A stretch of DNA of 64,000 bases from Adineta vaga (lineage: Eukaryota; Animalia; Rotifera): positions 6,014,001 to 6,078,000 of the forward strand of contig CP075494.1 in assembly GCA_021613535.1 (NCBI GenBank), written 5' to 3'. Position 1 is the first letter of the stretch, and each line of letters begins with the position of its first letter. Of the stretch, positions 13,298-26,996 are shown piece after piece. Under the pieces are notes generated by a model. It was given only the letters and a program-made list of their open reading frames with translations. It was not told where the DNA came from and did no database searches. A program made the position numbers and the translations under genes.

Positions 13298-15685
13298 TTA
13301 CTTTTTCAAGCTTGCTATGTCTCCTTCGCCTCTTTTCACATCTTTATGATCAGGTCCATAATTAGCTCGATAAATCGAGAGACTTTCGTTGAAATAACGC
13401 AGTGCTTCAGATGGATTATTTAGTTTTTCATAAAGTATGCCAACATTTCGCAAACTGTTGGCAATGTTAATATGATCAGAAGTGAAGGTTTGACGATTGA
13501 GTTCAAGCGCTCGATGTTGACATCGTAATGCATCTTCGAACATGTCATAGTTTTCATACAAACAAGCCATTGATGTGAGACAGTCTGAAGTGATCTGGTA
13601 GTCAAACGGTTTAAAATCTTCTAAAATTGAGAGAGCTTCTTCATAATATTGCAATGCTCCATTTGGATCATTGTTCTCGATCAGATCACTCATGATCATC
13701 AATGTTCGAGCAACACGAAGATGATTTTCACCCAATCTATCTTTTTGAACAATCAGCTTTTCTTGACAAAATTCTAATGCTTTATCGATCTCATTCATCT
13801 GTTTGTATGTATCAATGATCCAGTCAAGATGATCTGAAAGATCTGGATGATCAAAAGGTAGTCATTGTTCTTCCATATTTAGCTGTTGTTGATAATAATC
13901 GAGAGCAACATCTAAATCACCTTTCTTCTTATGAGCGTATCCAATCTGACCGAGACATGGTGCTATGTTACTATGTTGATCAGGAAGGACACGTTTATAC
14001 ATCTCAAGTGCACGAGAGAAATATGTAAGAGCAGTATCGAAATCTTCCTTATCACTGTATACTCTACCAATATTTTCAATTATCATTGCTTTTTTTAAAC
14101 GATCATTTGGATAGTTTATTTCAAAGATCTTCAAAGCCTTTTGATAATAGTCAAGTGCTTTGTCATAATCGCCCTTTGTTTTATGAATATTACCTATATT
14201 GTTGAGCGAACCAGCTATATGAGGATGATTTGGTGGCAATTGTTTTCGGCGCATCTCATAGGCTATTTCCAGGTTTTTCAGAGCCGAATTCAATTCATCT
14301 TTTTTTCCATGTACAAGTCCAATATTGTTATAAACAGATGCAATATCAGGATGATCAGACGGAAGTGATTGAAGCAACATCTTGAAATATTTCTCTGCTC
14401 GATCCACTTGACCTAAGTCATACAACAGAAGACGACCAAAATAGATGATCGGTGAATAATCCTCTAGTTGTTGTTTTGATAACACAAGATATTCTTGAAC
14501 TTTTTCTGCACCTTCATCTGTACTGTTCAATTGCACTTTCCACATCGGAAGTGTCGAATCAAAGTGAACAGAGTGAATTTTGAATAGAGAATTGAGACTA
14601 AACAACATTTCTTCTTCACCATCAATTCGACTCTTATCCTTCACATCAGCACAGATAATATTCTTCATTGATAGATCAGCTTTAGTCTCAAATAGAACAG
14701 ATCGAAAGTCATTTGATACAACGTTTCCATGAACAAAATTAAGTGATGCATTGATGTTTCTTGATGTGGATAGAAATCCATTTGTTGAAATGACTTTACC
14801 AACATTATCTTTGAGTTTATCGAGTTCTTCACTTGGAATTTGTGTTCCACGATACAATGTTAGAACTTCTTTATCTTTCAGTTGTTGACGTTCGTTTTCA
14901 ATGGCTGAACATAAGTCGATGATGAAGAATCGAAAGGTATAGAGTAATTCAATATCTTTTGTTCGTAATGCTTTGTTCAGTAGTTTATATAGAAAACATT
15001 CATCTGTATACCATTCGATCGCTTGTTCACGACAATAAGTTCGTTTGAATTGTTTAATTTTCTCTAATTCTCGTTTATTGTTTTTATAATAATCATGACA
15101 CATGTCAATCATTTGTTGTTTTGCTTGTTGATCTTGTGACATTTGTCTGAGAACAAACACTAACATTTGATGTAATAGAAATGATGCTGATTCTTTGGAG
15201 AGATCTTTGAGTGATTTTTGTTTTTGATCGAAGAGACTAAATGCTATTGTTTGTTTTTCGACGAGTTCCATTTTTTCTCGAATAGCTTCTAATAAAGTCT
15301 GTTAATCAGTGAAGATTCCAACGATTTTACTGTATTCTTGCATTAATGGTTGATGATATTGACTGTTAGAACAGAAAATAAAAACAGCGACGAGAACTCG
15401 TTGATGATGAGTTTGTTAAAGTACACGTCGTGCAAAGGCACCTGAAACAATGAGAAAGATTTGTTCATCTTTGATAGACTTGATCAAGTCAAGACATCGA
15501 TTAAAATTTGAATAGAACTGCACAGCTGGATTGAGTTCAATCAACATTGTTTGAGTAAGAAGACAATCTTGTGATTGCTCCATATTTGCATCGAGCCAGA
15601 TGAGTTGAATATTTTCTTTGTTGTCCGAAATTTCATTCGGTAGGAGATCTCGTCGTCTTGTGTTTAGTGGTTCATTAGTAGCCAT
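13298..15685 (-). pseudogene. Intronless receiver-like + arginine-type ADP-ribosyltransferase + TPR-repeat gene with 3 in-frame premature stops
   Basis: The ORFs 15416-15685, 13862-15271 and 13298-13798 share one frame, with stops TAA 15416-18, TAA 15302-04 and TGA 13862-64. ART R-S-E motifs are LYRG / FLSTS / GEEEMLF. TPRs are of the HPDIASVYNNIG type. Confidence 0.85.
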
Positions 15686-16646
15686 TGTAACTAATAGTAG
15701 CTATTTTATTTCTAAATTGAAGATAGATGTATTTCAAATACATGTATACAGAGACAAAAAAATCGAATGTGTGACACAACAAAACTTCTCACTAGCAAAT
15801 TCTTCTATTTTGTGAGTTACTGCTTTCAGGTATTCTTGAGATGCATTATCCCGTTCTTCCTTGGTAGTGAGAATTGGTTTCTTTTTCGCGGAATGAAACA
15901 TTCGATTCTGTTATTTTTGACAAAAAACTTCCAACACAATTTTAAAGCCATGTGCTTATAATGGCTGTATAGAATTATAACGGTAAATCTAATTTCAAAT
16001 GAAAAATTTCATTTATATTGTAATATTTTTTCGCGTCCTACCACCTGTGAGATTTCAATAGAGAGTTAAAACAAATAAGAGTATTTGTGACGAATATACA
16101 AATAGTAAAATGGGAAGCTATTAAAACCTATCGAGCTGATATGAATGAATATTAGATTTTATATTTTTTTCTGCAGCAAAAATAAGAAAGTTCTGATGTA
16201 TATCCAAACTATAAATGCTACGATAAACAATTTTTACCAACATTTTATTCAAATTTAAGAAAATTACAGTGGACAAAAAACAAATAGTGATATGCTACCA
16301 AAAACGTAGCAGTAACTAATATCTTTCAGAGTATTTTATAATTCCCTAGTCACTATAATTGTTATTCTACGTCTGAGAACGTAGAAAGTATTTATGAAAT
16401 TCAATTCATATATTTTGTGCAGTACTTGCGTTATCTCTGTCATCCAATTTAGTTGTATTTTCTTATATTTATAAAATAAGATGTGTTAGTAAACCAGCGA
16501 CCTCTTTTTCATACATTCGATTCCCGTTGGTTCAAGTCTTTATTTTGATAATATAACATTAATAGAAATAGAAGTAGAATCCAGCAACAGCAAGCTTCTT
16601 TTCCCTGAAAAAAGAAGTAGAAAATTTTTTCAATCAATCTGAGCAC

Positions 16647-18142
16647 ATGGCTCTCTTCTTTCTTTCAACTAGTCGAACTCTTTCTTCTGCTTTAATACGT
16701 CGACAGGTTCTTTCACATACTCCTCGTCTTCTCTCTTCCAATCAATGTAACAATGATTTGCTTCAAGCTCAAAAACAACAACTAAAAGTTGAACGTCCAT
16801 CAGCAACACCAAGGCAGTCGCCTCGTCTCCGCCGATATCATTATTATCTATTGTCAATTGCTACTGGAGCATTAATAGGAACAATCTATGCATTACGTCA
16901 AGTACGAAAACATGAAGGAAGTCTACCTGAATATGTTGCTAATCCTGAATTATTCGAACGTAAAGCTATGGAAACTCGTCCTTTACCACCACCGGTGACT
17001 AAACATGTAACATTTGATGCTCCACCAAGAATCAATTTTCCATACAATTTAACATTATATCAATACGTAACATGGTTTGTATAGCTTTTAAATAACATTC
17101 TAAAGTTCAACTATACCACTATTTCTATTTATTCTAGTCCATTCTGTTGTAAAGTACGTGCATATTTAAATTATAATCGTATTCCATATGATATTGTGGA
17201 AGTTAACAGTGTTATGCATACTGAAACAAAATGGTCTTTATATGATAGAGTACCTATTGTTGTTGTTGAAAATGAACATATTCAATTGAATGATTCAAGT
17301 CAAATTGTATCTGTTATTGAATCCTATTTACGTCAACCAACAAAAACATTTAAAAATATTATCAAATATTATAAAACCATACTTGAAAAGGATCAAAAAG
17401 GAAATTTATTTTTTACCTATCCAAATAAATATTCAATTATCGAACCATCCATCAGTGATCGTTTAGAAATAATTAAATCAGAAGAAAAATTAGCCAATTC
17501 AAATGAATCAAAATCATTCTTTGCTAGACTATTTTCTCGATCAACACCAACACCAACTCCATCCGAAACTAAATCAAAAGTTATTGTTTCCAAAAAATCC
17601 AATGAAGAAAATGAATTCGAACGTCAATGGCGTGAATGGGTTGATAACAAATTTATTCATGCTTTATCACCAAATATTTATTGTACATTGAGACAATCTT
17701 TGGATACATTTCGATGGTTTTCAAAAGCTGGTGATTGGGAAGAAATTTTCCCATGGTATCAACGTTGGATTATTGTCTATCTTGGAGCTATTGTTATGCG
17801 TGCAGTAGCAATACGTTTGAAGAAAAAATATAATTTACATGATGATGTTCGACTTTCCTTATATGAATGTGCTAATGAATGGATTAATGCAATTGGAGAC
17901 AAAGATTTTCTTGGTAAGTTACATTATTGAGAGAATCGAATGAGATTGATTTTTATAAATTTTTAGGTGGATCCGAACCAAATCTAGCTGATTTGAATGT
18001 TTATGGTATTTTAACAGCTATTCAAGGATGTGAAGCATTTCATGATTTAATGACGAAGACAAAAATTCAACCATGGTTTGAACGTATGAAGAATTTAGTT
18101 GAACCTCATCGTATTGATACACTAGTTCGTGCTATTTCTTAA
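16647..18142 (+). CDS. PTGES2: Prostaglandin E synthase 2 (mPGES-2, GST/thioredoxin fold)
   Basis: Transit-like N-terminus and TM; LTLYQYVT|CPFCCKVRAYL across intron 1; VEVNSV; WREWVDNKFIHALSPNIY; FLGG-SEPNLADLNVYGIL. Confidence 0.93.
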
Positions 18143-18581
18143 ATATCCTTTTTCTTTTCTTCATAATAAAAACGGAAAAATATCATTGTTCTGTTTGGAT
18201 CTGCTCTCTATGTTTTCTCTTGTTTGGTATGTAAACAAATTACGACATGAATTACGTCGTTTACTGATAATGGTCTACTTTTTGGACTTCTTTGGACATG
18301 TCTGTAATTTCTGTTAAAAGTAAAGTCAAAAGTTATTTGATATAGCTTCTTATATTAATTCTACACATATTTTTTTGTTGTTCGTTTGAGTCATATTTGT
18401 TATTGTGCAGAAAGAAGAGTGCGTGATATATGCATACAAGGAAAGAAAAAGGGCATAGTATCACACTCGTTTTTTTTCGTAATGAAGTGTAGTATGCTTC
18501 TTAAATACGTAAAATAATCAATGTAACTGAGTTTTATCTCGAGATATTTTTTTTTTGTTTCAGTTGATCATTATTTAGAGG

Positions 18582-19864
18582 ATGTCTTCAAAAAAGAAAA
18601 TTGCGATTGTTGGTTCCGGTAATTGGGGAAGTGCGATGTAAGTGTTTTGTGATTTGATTTGATCGAGTCTTTTGTTTTTCTTCTTTAATAAAGTGCTGGT
18701 CACATTGGTGAAAAAATTCTTCAATTACAAGATGAGTATGATCAACAAATTCTCATGTGGTGTAAAGAAGAAATCTTAGATGATGGAAGTAAATTAACTG
18801 ATGTAATTAATACAAAACATGAAAATACAAAATATTTACCTGATAAAAGCATTCCGGATAATGTTGTTGCTGTAGCTGATCTTCGTGAAGCTGTGAAAGA
18901 TGCAGATATTCTTATATTTGTGATACCACATCAATTTGTGAAACAAACTTGTGAACAACTCAAAGATCAAGTCAAATCAACTGCCTTTGCTTTAACATTA
19001 ATTAAAGTAAATACAATTAAATCTCTTTTGAAATACATCCTTTTTATTCATATAGGGTTTTTATATTGATGAAAAAACCAATGAATTATTACTTGTATCA
19101 GAAATTATTAAAAATACATTGAATATTTCATGTTTAAGTATGATGGGAGGTATGATTGATTTTTCTTTTCTTTTAATCATAATGATGTTGAATTCTGTTA
19201 TTTATATAGCTAATATTGCTAAAGAAGTAGCTGATAAAGTTTTTTGTGAAGCTACTATCGGTTCTCGTCATGATGAACATAGTGAAACAGTTCGACAACT
19301 AATTGATCGACCTTATTTTCGTATACGATTCTATCCAGATGTTGAAATTATTGAAATACTTGGTGCTTTAAAAAATGTGATTGCAATGTGTGCTGGTTTT
19401 TCTGATGGATTAAAAGCTGGTTTCAATACTCGAGCAGCTGTATGTGATTCAATTTGATTTGTTTAGGTACATTCATCTTTGTCTTCTAGGTTCTTCGATT
19501 AGGTTTCCGTGAAATGATAAATTTTTGTCGATTACATTCGCAAGAATCATCATCAGATATTTATCTTGAATCATGTGGTATTGCTGATTTAATTGCATCA
19601 GCATTAGGTGGACGAAATTATAATGGAGCCAAGAAAATGGCAGAAACTAATAAATCGTTAGAAGATATTGAAAAAGAAGATCTAAATGGACAATCATTAC
19701 AAGGTCCAGGAACAGCCAAGGAAGTTTATACTTTTCTTGAAGGAAAGAATTTATTAGATCAATTTCCAATGTTTCGTGATGCTCATCTTATCTGTCAAAG
19801 AAAAGTTGAACCAAAACAATTATTAGAAAATCTAACGAATCATCCTGATTATAATCAAAAATAA
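18582..19864 (+). CDS. GPD1: Glycerol-3-phosphate dehydrogenase (NAD+), cytosolic
   Basis: IAIVGSGNWGSA, INTKHENTKYLP, ILIFVIPHQF, GALKNVIA, ESCGIADLI..LGGRN, LNGQSLQG; multi-exon. Confidence 0.95.
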
Positions 19865-20018
19865 TAAGAAATTTGAATTTGTTCTATAAATTTTGGTGGT
19901 GCTTTGAAAATTAATTGTCAATCTAATTTAGTTTATTGTTTTCAAGTATTCATGTTTTTATAATAGTTGATAAGTTCAATAAATAAAATAAAATAAAATA
20001 AACTCTTCGTTCAGTTTT

Positions 20019-23000
20019 TTAAGTTGTATTAATCACTGCAACCGGTAGTGTAGATACAACATTCGTTATTTGTTGACGTCGATATCGAATAATATGATAT
20101 CCAATTTGGATGATTAACGGAGTAATCAATTTCAATACGACTGATAATCCACCAAAGAGACCAATAATAATCGTTATCGTATATACTGGACTGATTGATC
20201 GAGAATAAGTATAGGTACACCAAAGTGGAGCACATGTCGAATAATAGTGTTCATAAACGACTTTAGTTGTCCAACTATCAACTAGAAGAGTATCGATTAA
20301 CGATTGAATAGTATCATTACGAGATGAAAGAGTATCATTCAAAGGACGAAATACTAAATTTGTTGGTCCATACATTGATTTTAATTGATCAATGCATGTT
20401 ATATTATAAAGACATTCAAGTGTTGACTGAAGAAGTGATTCAAGAGGATAACATCCAACATGTAAACCAGGAATGATTCGTCCAGCGAAGGATGCTGATG
20501 AAATACACATAGGACTTGTACCACAAGTACAATTCTCAGTCGCATATGACAATGGTAATGCCCATAAGGTAGCCCATTTTAAATTCGCATGTAATAGAAA
20601 GAAATGCCAGTTCGATAAAATAGAGGAAACAATCCCGTTACCTTGATTCATATATCGAATAAAATCAAGAGTTAAAACGAATGTTCGAGGAGTTGATATA
20701 AGGAATTGTTTGAGAATTGTGTTTGCTTCTTGTTCAATCGTTTCACGTGATTGAACTCTTTGAGTAGTAATTGTATTTCGAGAAAATCGAATGATCGCTT
20801 CTGTCACAGTATCATTTGCTAGTGTACAAAATGATGAAAGTAATCGAAAATGTGAAACAGCAAAGAGACGATAATCATCATATGAATATTCTAAACTTGC
20901 TGTCGAAGAATAAAGTAAAGAAGTCCATATAGAATTGAATCGAATAAAATCACTTGAACATAATTGATGATAATAAGGTTGAATTGACATAAATGATTGA
21001 TAAGTAACAATAATATTCTTACAGGGACAATCAAGTGTTGTTGAATATTGTGGATGTAAACGAAGTCGATCAAATTCATCTTGAGCTGGATCAAGAATTT
21101 TGACAATTTCAGTTTGTGTTTCAATAAATGTATATATAATCATAATACTAACAACAATTATTAGTAGTAAAAGATAAAGACGTGTAGTAATGATTTCTCG
21201 TCGTTGCCGTTGATTATCATTCCATGATAGTTCACTTTTGAGTAGATTAAAATTCAATATTTTACGTTTCACCGCGTGCGACATACGAATCATTCTATGA
21301 CTATTTGTTAAAGAATCTAACATGAATACAATTAAATGTACGGTTATAAAGAATCTAATAGTTTTTCATTTAATTTACCTGTTGTATTCAATTGTGTTCG
21401 ATTTTTACGTAGTCGATTTCGCAATGGACGAATGATCATTGAAACAATAATTCTTAATCCAATGGATAAACCACCAAATAAACCGACGAGTTTAGTAATT
21501 GTTTCAAGAGGATTATTTCGAGCTGTATATGAATAAATACATTCTGCTGGAGCACATCGATCATAATAATTCTCGTAACTAATATTTTCATTCCAACTTT
21601 CAATCATTAGATTATCCATTATTATTCCAACAAGACTATGAGATGAATATCGAGTTTGATTTGTATTAAGAATTGGAATATCAATTGATCGGTCAGATTT
21701 AATTTCCTCTTGAACTATATCCAAACATGTTTGATTAAAAAAACATGAAAGTGAAGATCGAAGAACACTTGATAGAACGACACAACTAATCAATATATCG
21801 GGTAAAGTGAAATTTAAATAATATGGTGTGGTTATATCAAGGCCAGTATAATAGAAAAAACTCATAACATCATCACACATATCATCAATTCCACATGAAC
21901 AGCCATTTGTTTCTACTGGTTTCCATTTGAAATCGATGGTTTTCTCAGTAGTAGACAATTCATCTGTATGAAGTAGGACACTTGAATAGCCTGTTGTATA
22001 CATCGTTTTTGTATGTAATTCAACAAGTGCTAGAATACGATGAAATTCACTGATTGTATTTTTTTGAAATTGTTCTATACTTGTCATGATTTGAGTCTGA
22101 AAATCGGATGTACTCACAGCTGAATCGGTAATAAATGATGATCGACTAAAACTATACCAGGAGTCCGTAGTAATTACTTTCGAAAGTGAACATAACGTAG
22201 TTAAACTATTGAAAAAAGTTGGACCAGCAACTCGAAAATCGATTTCATCATAATCTGAATCGACGATATTTAAACTCGAAATAGAAATAATCCATCCTTC
22301 GGATATATACAAACTCGAACATATGGGATGATAGATTGGCGAAAGTGAAATGAATAGTTCATATGCATTAGCAATACGAGTACATGGACATCGAAGCGTA
22401 CTGGGATATTTTTCATATAAAGTTTGAAATATTTCTCGTGGTGGATCTAATACAGTTACTGTATAGACGCGACTTGACAATAATAAGTAAATGATTATAA
22501 TGAGCAAAGATGATAACAAAGTAATTATATAGACGCGAGTTGTAATCTTCGCCGTTTGTAATTCATAAGGATCAATACGACTTTCCGCTGTTTTAAATAG
22601 ATTCAATTCAATAATTCGAACTTTTATTTTGTTATATATGCGTCGAATACGGAGCATTAAAGGAACTGAAAGTATACTATTCCTAACCTGTTTTCATACG
22701 AAAAGCATCTTACCGGTATTATCACTTTCATGTCGATTTCTCAAATTATGTACCATATGTGGTATGCACATACGAAGTGCCAGTGTAAGACCACCATAAA
22801 CACCTAATAAAGTTGTTAAGATTTGTAAAAAACTGTTTTGTTTTGTTAACTTATAAGTGCAAAGAATCGGTGCACATGTGGAATAATAAGCAGCAAATGA
22901 AGTTTTAGCAGACCAATATTCGAGAAATAGACTTTGGGCAAGTGTTTCAACATTTGTTTCTGGTGAAAATTTTGTTTGATTGGCTTTGAGAGTATCCAGA

Positions 23001-23995
23001 ATAGTAATATCGGTTGCTGGAAAAAATGTTAAAACAATGTTGAAACATGATGAATTAAAAAAACATGAAAGTGCTGATTTAAGTAATGATTCGAGAGCAT
23101 AACATCCAACGACAATACCAGTAACAGTTTCAATGAAATCATCTGGTACATACAAAGCTCCTTCAGTTTCTTCAGCATATACTTCAAGAAATCTTGATTG
23201 TGCATAACAATTTGAACTAATACCACAAAAACATTCTTCATTATTATCCCCGTCCCAAACAGTTTCAAGTGGAAATGCATCAAGTGAACCATTCGGATAA
23301 ATAGTTAATAAATGCATCTTTGATGTTTGCATTGCTGGTTGTAAACCATTCATTTGAGTTGTATCGCGAACTAGATTTAGAAGACGGCGAAATGTATAAA
23401 TTGTTGATGTTTTGACAAATTCACTGATGACTTCAGTTTGACTTGTAAGTGATGATATTGAAAGAACTTGTGGACTCAACAAAGCAGTAGAAAGAAAATC
23501 ATCGACTGCATCTTGAAGTATACGATTAGCAAATAAACAAAGTGAAGCAAGAAGTTGAAATTGATTAGTTCCTGTTGAACGAAAATCGAATGGATGGTAA
23601 TAGGTCATATCTGGACTAAATAGAAGATTGATCCAACGTTCAGAAACAAATATACTTGAGCATACAGGATGAAATTTGTATGATATATTTATGAAGGTTT
23701 CATATGGTACTTCTACGTGACTACATGGACAATGGAGTGTGCTCGAATATGCTGAGTAAAGATTTTGGAAAACATCTTGTGAGGGATTTCGTACAGTAAT
23801 ATTTTCAACATATTGACCGAGAGCAGTAAAAGCACTGAGAATGAATACAGCACTTGTCAGAAGAAGGATATATATTCGAGTTGAAATAATAGCTGTACGC
23901 AATCGATTTGGGTCAGTTACAGTATCGATAGTTTCAAACAGATTCAAATTAACGATATGTATTTTAATATAACGAAGAATAGCTAGAAAATGCAT
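20019..23995 (-). CDS. Single 3-exon gene (~1288 aa) of three tandem TM1 / Cys-rich ectodomain / TM2 units; putative concatenated trimeric-channel-like protein
   Basis: Phase-1 introns 22713-22666 (48 nt, GTAAG...TTTCAG) and 21378-21317 (62 nt, GTAAAT...GTTAG) fuse the three ORFs in frame. Each unit has TRxYxxxL TM1, CPC, HxxCSS, D(F/Y)R, CxCG, YYxxCAPxxCxY and GxxGGL TM2. Confidence 0.8.
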
Positions 23996-24892
23996 TATGA
24001 TCCAATCAAAAATACCGATCAAACACCTCTTTTCTTCTACTGATGTAGAATACGAAATAAAGACAATGAGAAATTCGTCTCTCTTGTATCTGACGAATTC
24101 CTGCTTGATTTTATAAATGTAAAATAACCATATGACAAACTCTTTCTTTTATGTTGCATTTTTCATGCTAATTTTAATAAGTGTTCTTTTTCTGTATCTC
24201 ATCAGTTGATGAAGAAAATCGTTCAGTGCTTATAAATATTTAAACAAGAAAAATAGAAGAAAAACGTAACTAACATTTGAAAGTCATACGAAGAATTGCT
24301 ACTATGTCAACCGATAATCGTCGATGAGCATTGTTTACTACGTAGAGAAAGATTTGTCATTAGAAAGCTGTTACATGAACGACTTTTCATTCACTTAAAT
24401 GATCTTACTCTGAAAAATTCCAGGCAAATATCAAGAGAAAACTAATCAATATGAAATATATACAAGAAAAAATTTAAGAACAGTTTTTAAATAACTTTTT
24501 TTGTCCTAATTTTTACCCTGTCTTCCAAACATTCACTCTTCTCTATTAGAAGGAAAAAAGTACAACTATAAACGGAACGACATCGATGTGGAATTTGAAG
24601 AAACACTTAAACAATGCAATTTCTATAATACTTTATTAAATTGTATATGCACATCTGAGAATCGACAGTGAAAAATGAAATATTTTCATGTCTATTTCTT
24701 AACCAAATGAATGAATGATAGAGCAAATTCACAGAGGCATCTACGACGTGTATACACTTCTTCTTATTTATGTTTGGATATATTTATGAAAAAATAGATT
24801 ATCTGATTTAAAAACAAATATATATTATAATAAAAGTAAAAATAAGTTCATTGATTAGCTGTATAATAAGAAAATCATTTAGCACTTGAATA

Positions 24893-26996
24893 TCACTGTT
24901 CATAAGGTCGATAATTGAAATTATTGGTTGACATTGTCCATTCATGATTGAATTCACTCTCTAGTCTATCAACGCCTTCTCTCATCAAACATGACGATGA
25001 TAGTAATGATCGATTTCGTAATGATGATCGTTCAAGATTACTTGACATAGGTCTTATTGATGAGCGATTTCGTACAGTTCGAGTAATCATTTGAGTAGGT
25101 GAGTGCAAATTGGATGGCGTAGGTGTTAGCAATGAACGAAGGGGTGCACGCATATGAAGACGTCGAAAACGTTCATTAAGATCTGTATTCGCTCTTGATC
25201 GCATCTGATAAGGAACTATTGTCAATCCCATATTAGTAGAAATGGATGTATTTTTGCTTCTGGTTCGACTAATACTTGTCGAAGGACTGAAATAAATAAC
25301 AAAAACGTGATAGTTGTGATTGAATCAAGACATTCTTACCGTTTAATTTCTCTTCGTTCATTCTTAGCGTCTGCATTCCAGATAACTTGACCATCAATAG
25401 GACATGTTGGATGACTATGTAGAAGCCAACCATCTAGACAATGAGAAAAACAACGTCTTTTTTTCGATAGAAACAGATTTTTTTCCTTGCCTATACAATC
25501 AATATGGAATTTATGTGAACATGGTAATCGTCGAATTCGTTCACCTATTTGATAAGCTCTCAAACATAAACAACATTGTTCATTATGATCTAATAAACGA
25601 CTTTGTTCATGTACACGTTCCGTTGGTATTGATCTCACAATATTTTCTGGAATACTTTGAATAGTTGTATTTTGTGCACTGAATAAAATATGAATTGAAA
25701 GAAGAAAACTCATCTTTTTCGTATTACTTTTCTAATTGTAAAAAAACTTCATAGTTATTTTCATTGATATCTCGATTTACTAACATTTGATGAAGTGCAT
25801 TTGGTAAGGCCATTAAATGTTCACGTATTGCTATTCTCCAACGTTGAAAAGATTTCTAAATACAAGAGAATCAATTGATTGAATTCTACAAGTTAATATT
25901 ACTTCTCGATAATCAAAACTATGTTCATTGTGAATATTTAAATTAAAACACGTTTGACAAAGAAAATAATCTTCACATGTTGTACATTTATAACAATTGC
26001 CCGATATTGGACATGTACGGCAACGATGACATGAATAACCTAAATGGATTGACGATGTTTCTATTTGTTGTTCTTCAATTGTTCTAAATTGAATGAAATT
26101 AAAAACTTTAATCATTTCAGAGAAATCGTCTGCTAACCGAAATTCTAGTTTCAAATGTTCGGATGTACCAAATATTTCACGGCATAAAGGACATTTGATT
26201 GTTTTTTCACCGGTAGATACTTGATGATCGACCCAAACCTTCATACATTTTACATGTACATTATTTCCGCATCCACGTCTCGAATATCAAATCAAATGAT
26301 AAGCTAATTTATCAATTAAAACAAAACTGTTAACTAACCGACAATAAGTAAGAGGCATTTTCTTTGCTAGAAATTCTTCTTGACAGATAGGACAAACATC
26401 GTTTTCACCAATTGGCCGTTGATCGACTTCACTATTCACATCAATTCCATTGCCATTCTTTAAGACACAAAAAAAGCAATGTTCATTTAATCACAAATTT
26501 TCTTTCTGTCCCTTAACCTTTGCTCTATGATTACGATAGAATTTCTTTCTTTCGTCTTCATCCAAAGATAATCCACGTAGTAGTTCACTAATTTCTCGTG
26601 CGACAAGACCTCGCTGCCATACGACTAATATATAAATACAATATTTAAATATCTATATTTCACGAAAAGAACTATCTTACTTGGATTCGTTCTTGGTATA
26701 CGAAATCGTTTTAGAAGAAGCCAACATATGTGTTTACAAAGATCTTGATTACGTTGAAATGTCGAACATGTACATTGATGTGGATCACCGAGAAAGATCT
26801 ACTGAACAATAATATTTGATCATAATGTAGATTTTTACACAATTACTTTAAATGTTCGTTCATCATTTTCATCTCTAATAATGAACGCTGCTGGTCCTGT
26901 TTGTCTTAGAATAAAAAAAGTTGAATTCAGTGCATTATTTTGAGCTTGAAGGCATTTTTGTGAACATTCAACACGATAAGGCACACTACGAGCCAT
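24893..26996 (-). CDS. ZSWIM2: E3 ubiquitin ligase ZSWIM2/MEX (SWIM-RING-ZZ-RING)
   Basis: MARSVPYR...FKVFLGDPHQCTC...LCKHICWLLLK (SWIM); CPICQEEF...CRGCGNNVHVKCMKVW...CPLCR (RING); HLGYSCHRC...CYKCTTCEDYFLCQTCF (ZZ); CCLCL...LPCSHKFHIDC...CPID (RING). Confidence 0.92.

Noticed and set aside
13862-15418. Alternative genetic code or programmed readthrough explaining the ART-TPR stops
   Set aside because: Neighbouring genes use TAA, TAG and TGA as normal stops, and the three stops differ in type and context. Pseudogenisation is simpler.
20019-24022. Three independent tandem paralogous genes, as the ORF track suggests
   Set aside because: Gaps of only 20-36 bp and two canonical frame-restoring introns favour one gene. 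It remains possible only as an isoform.
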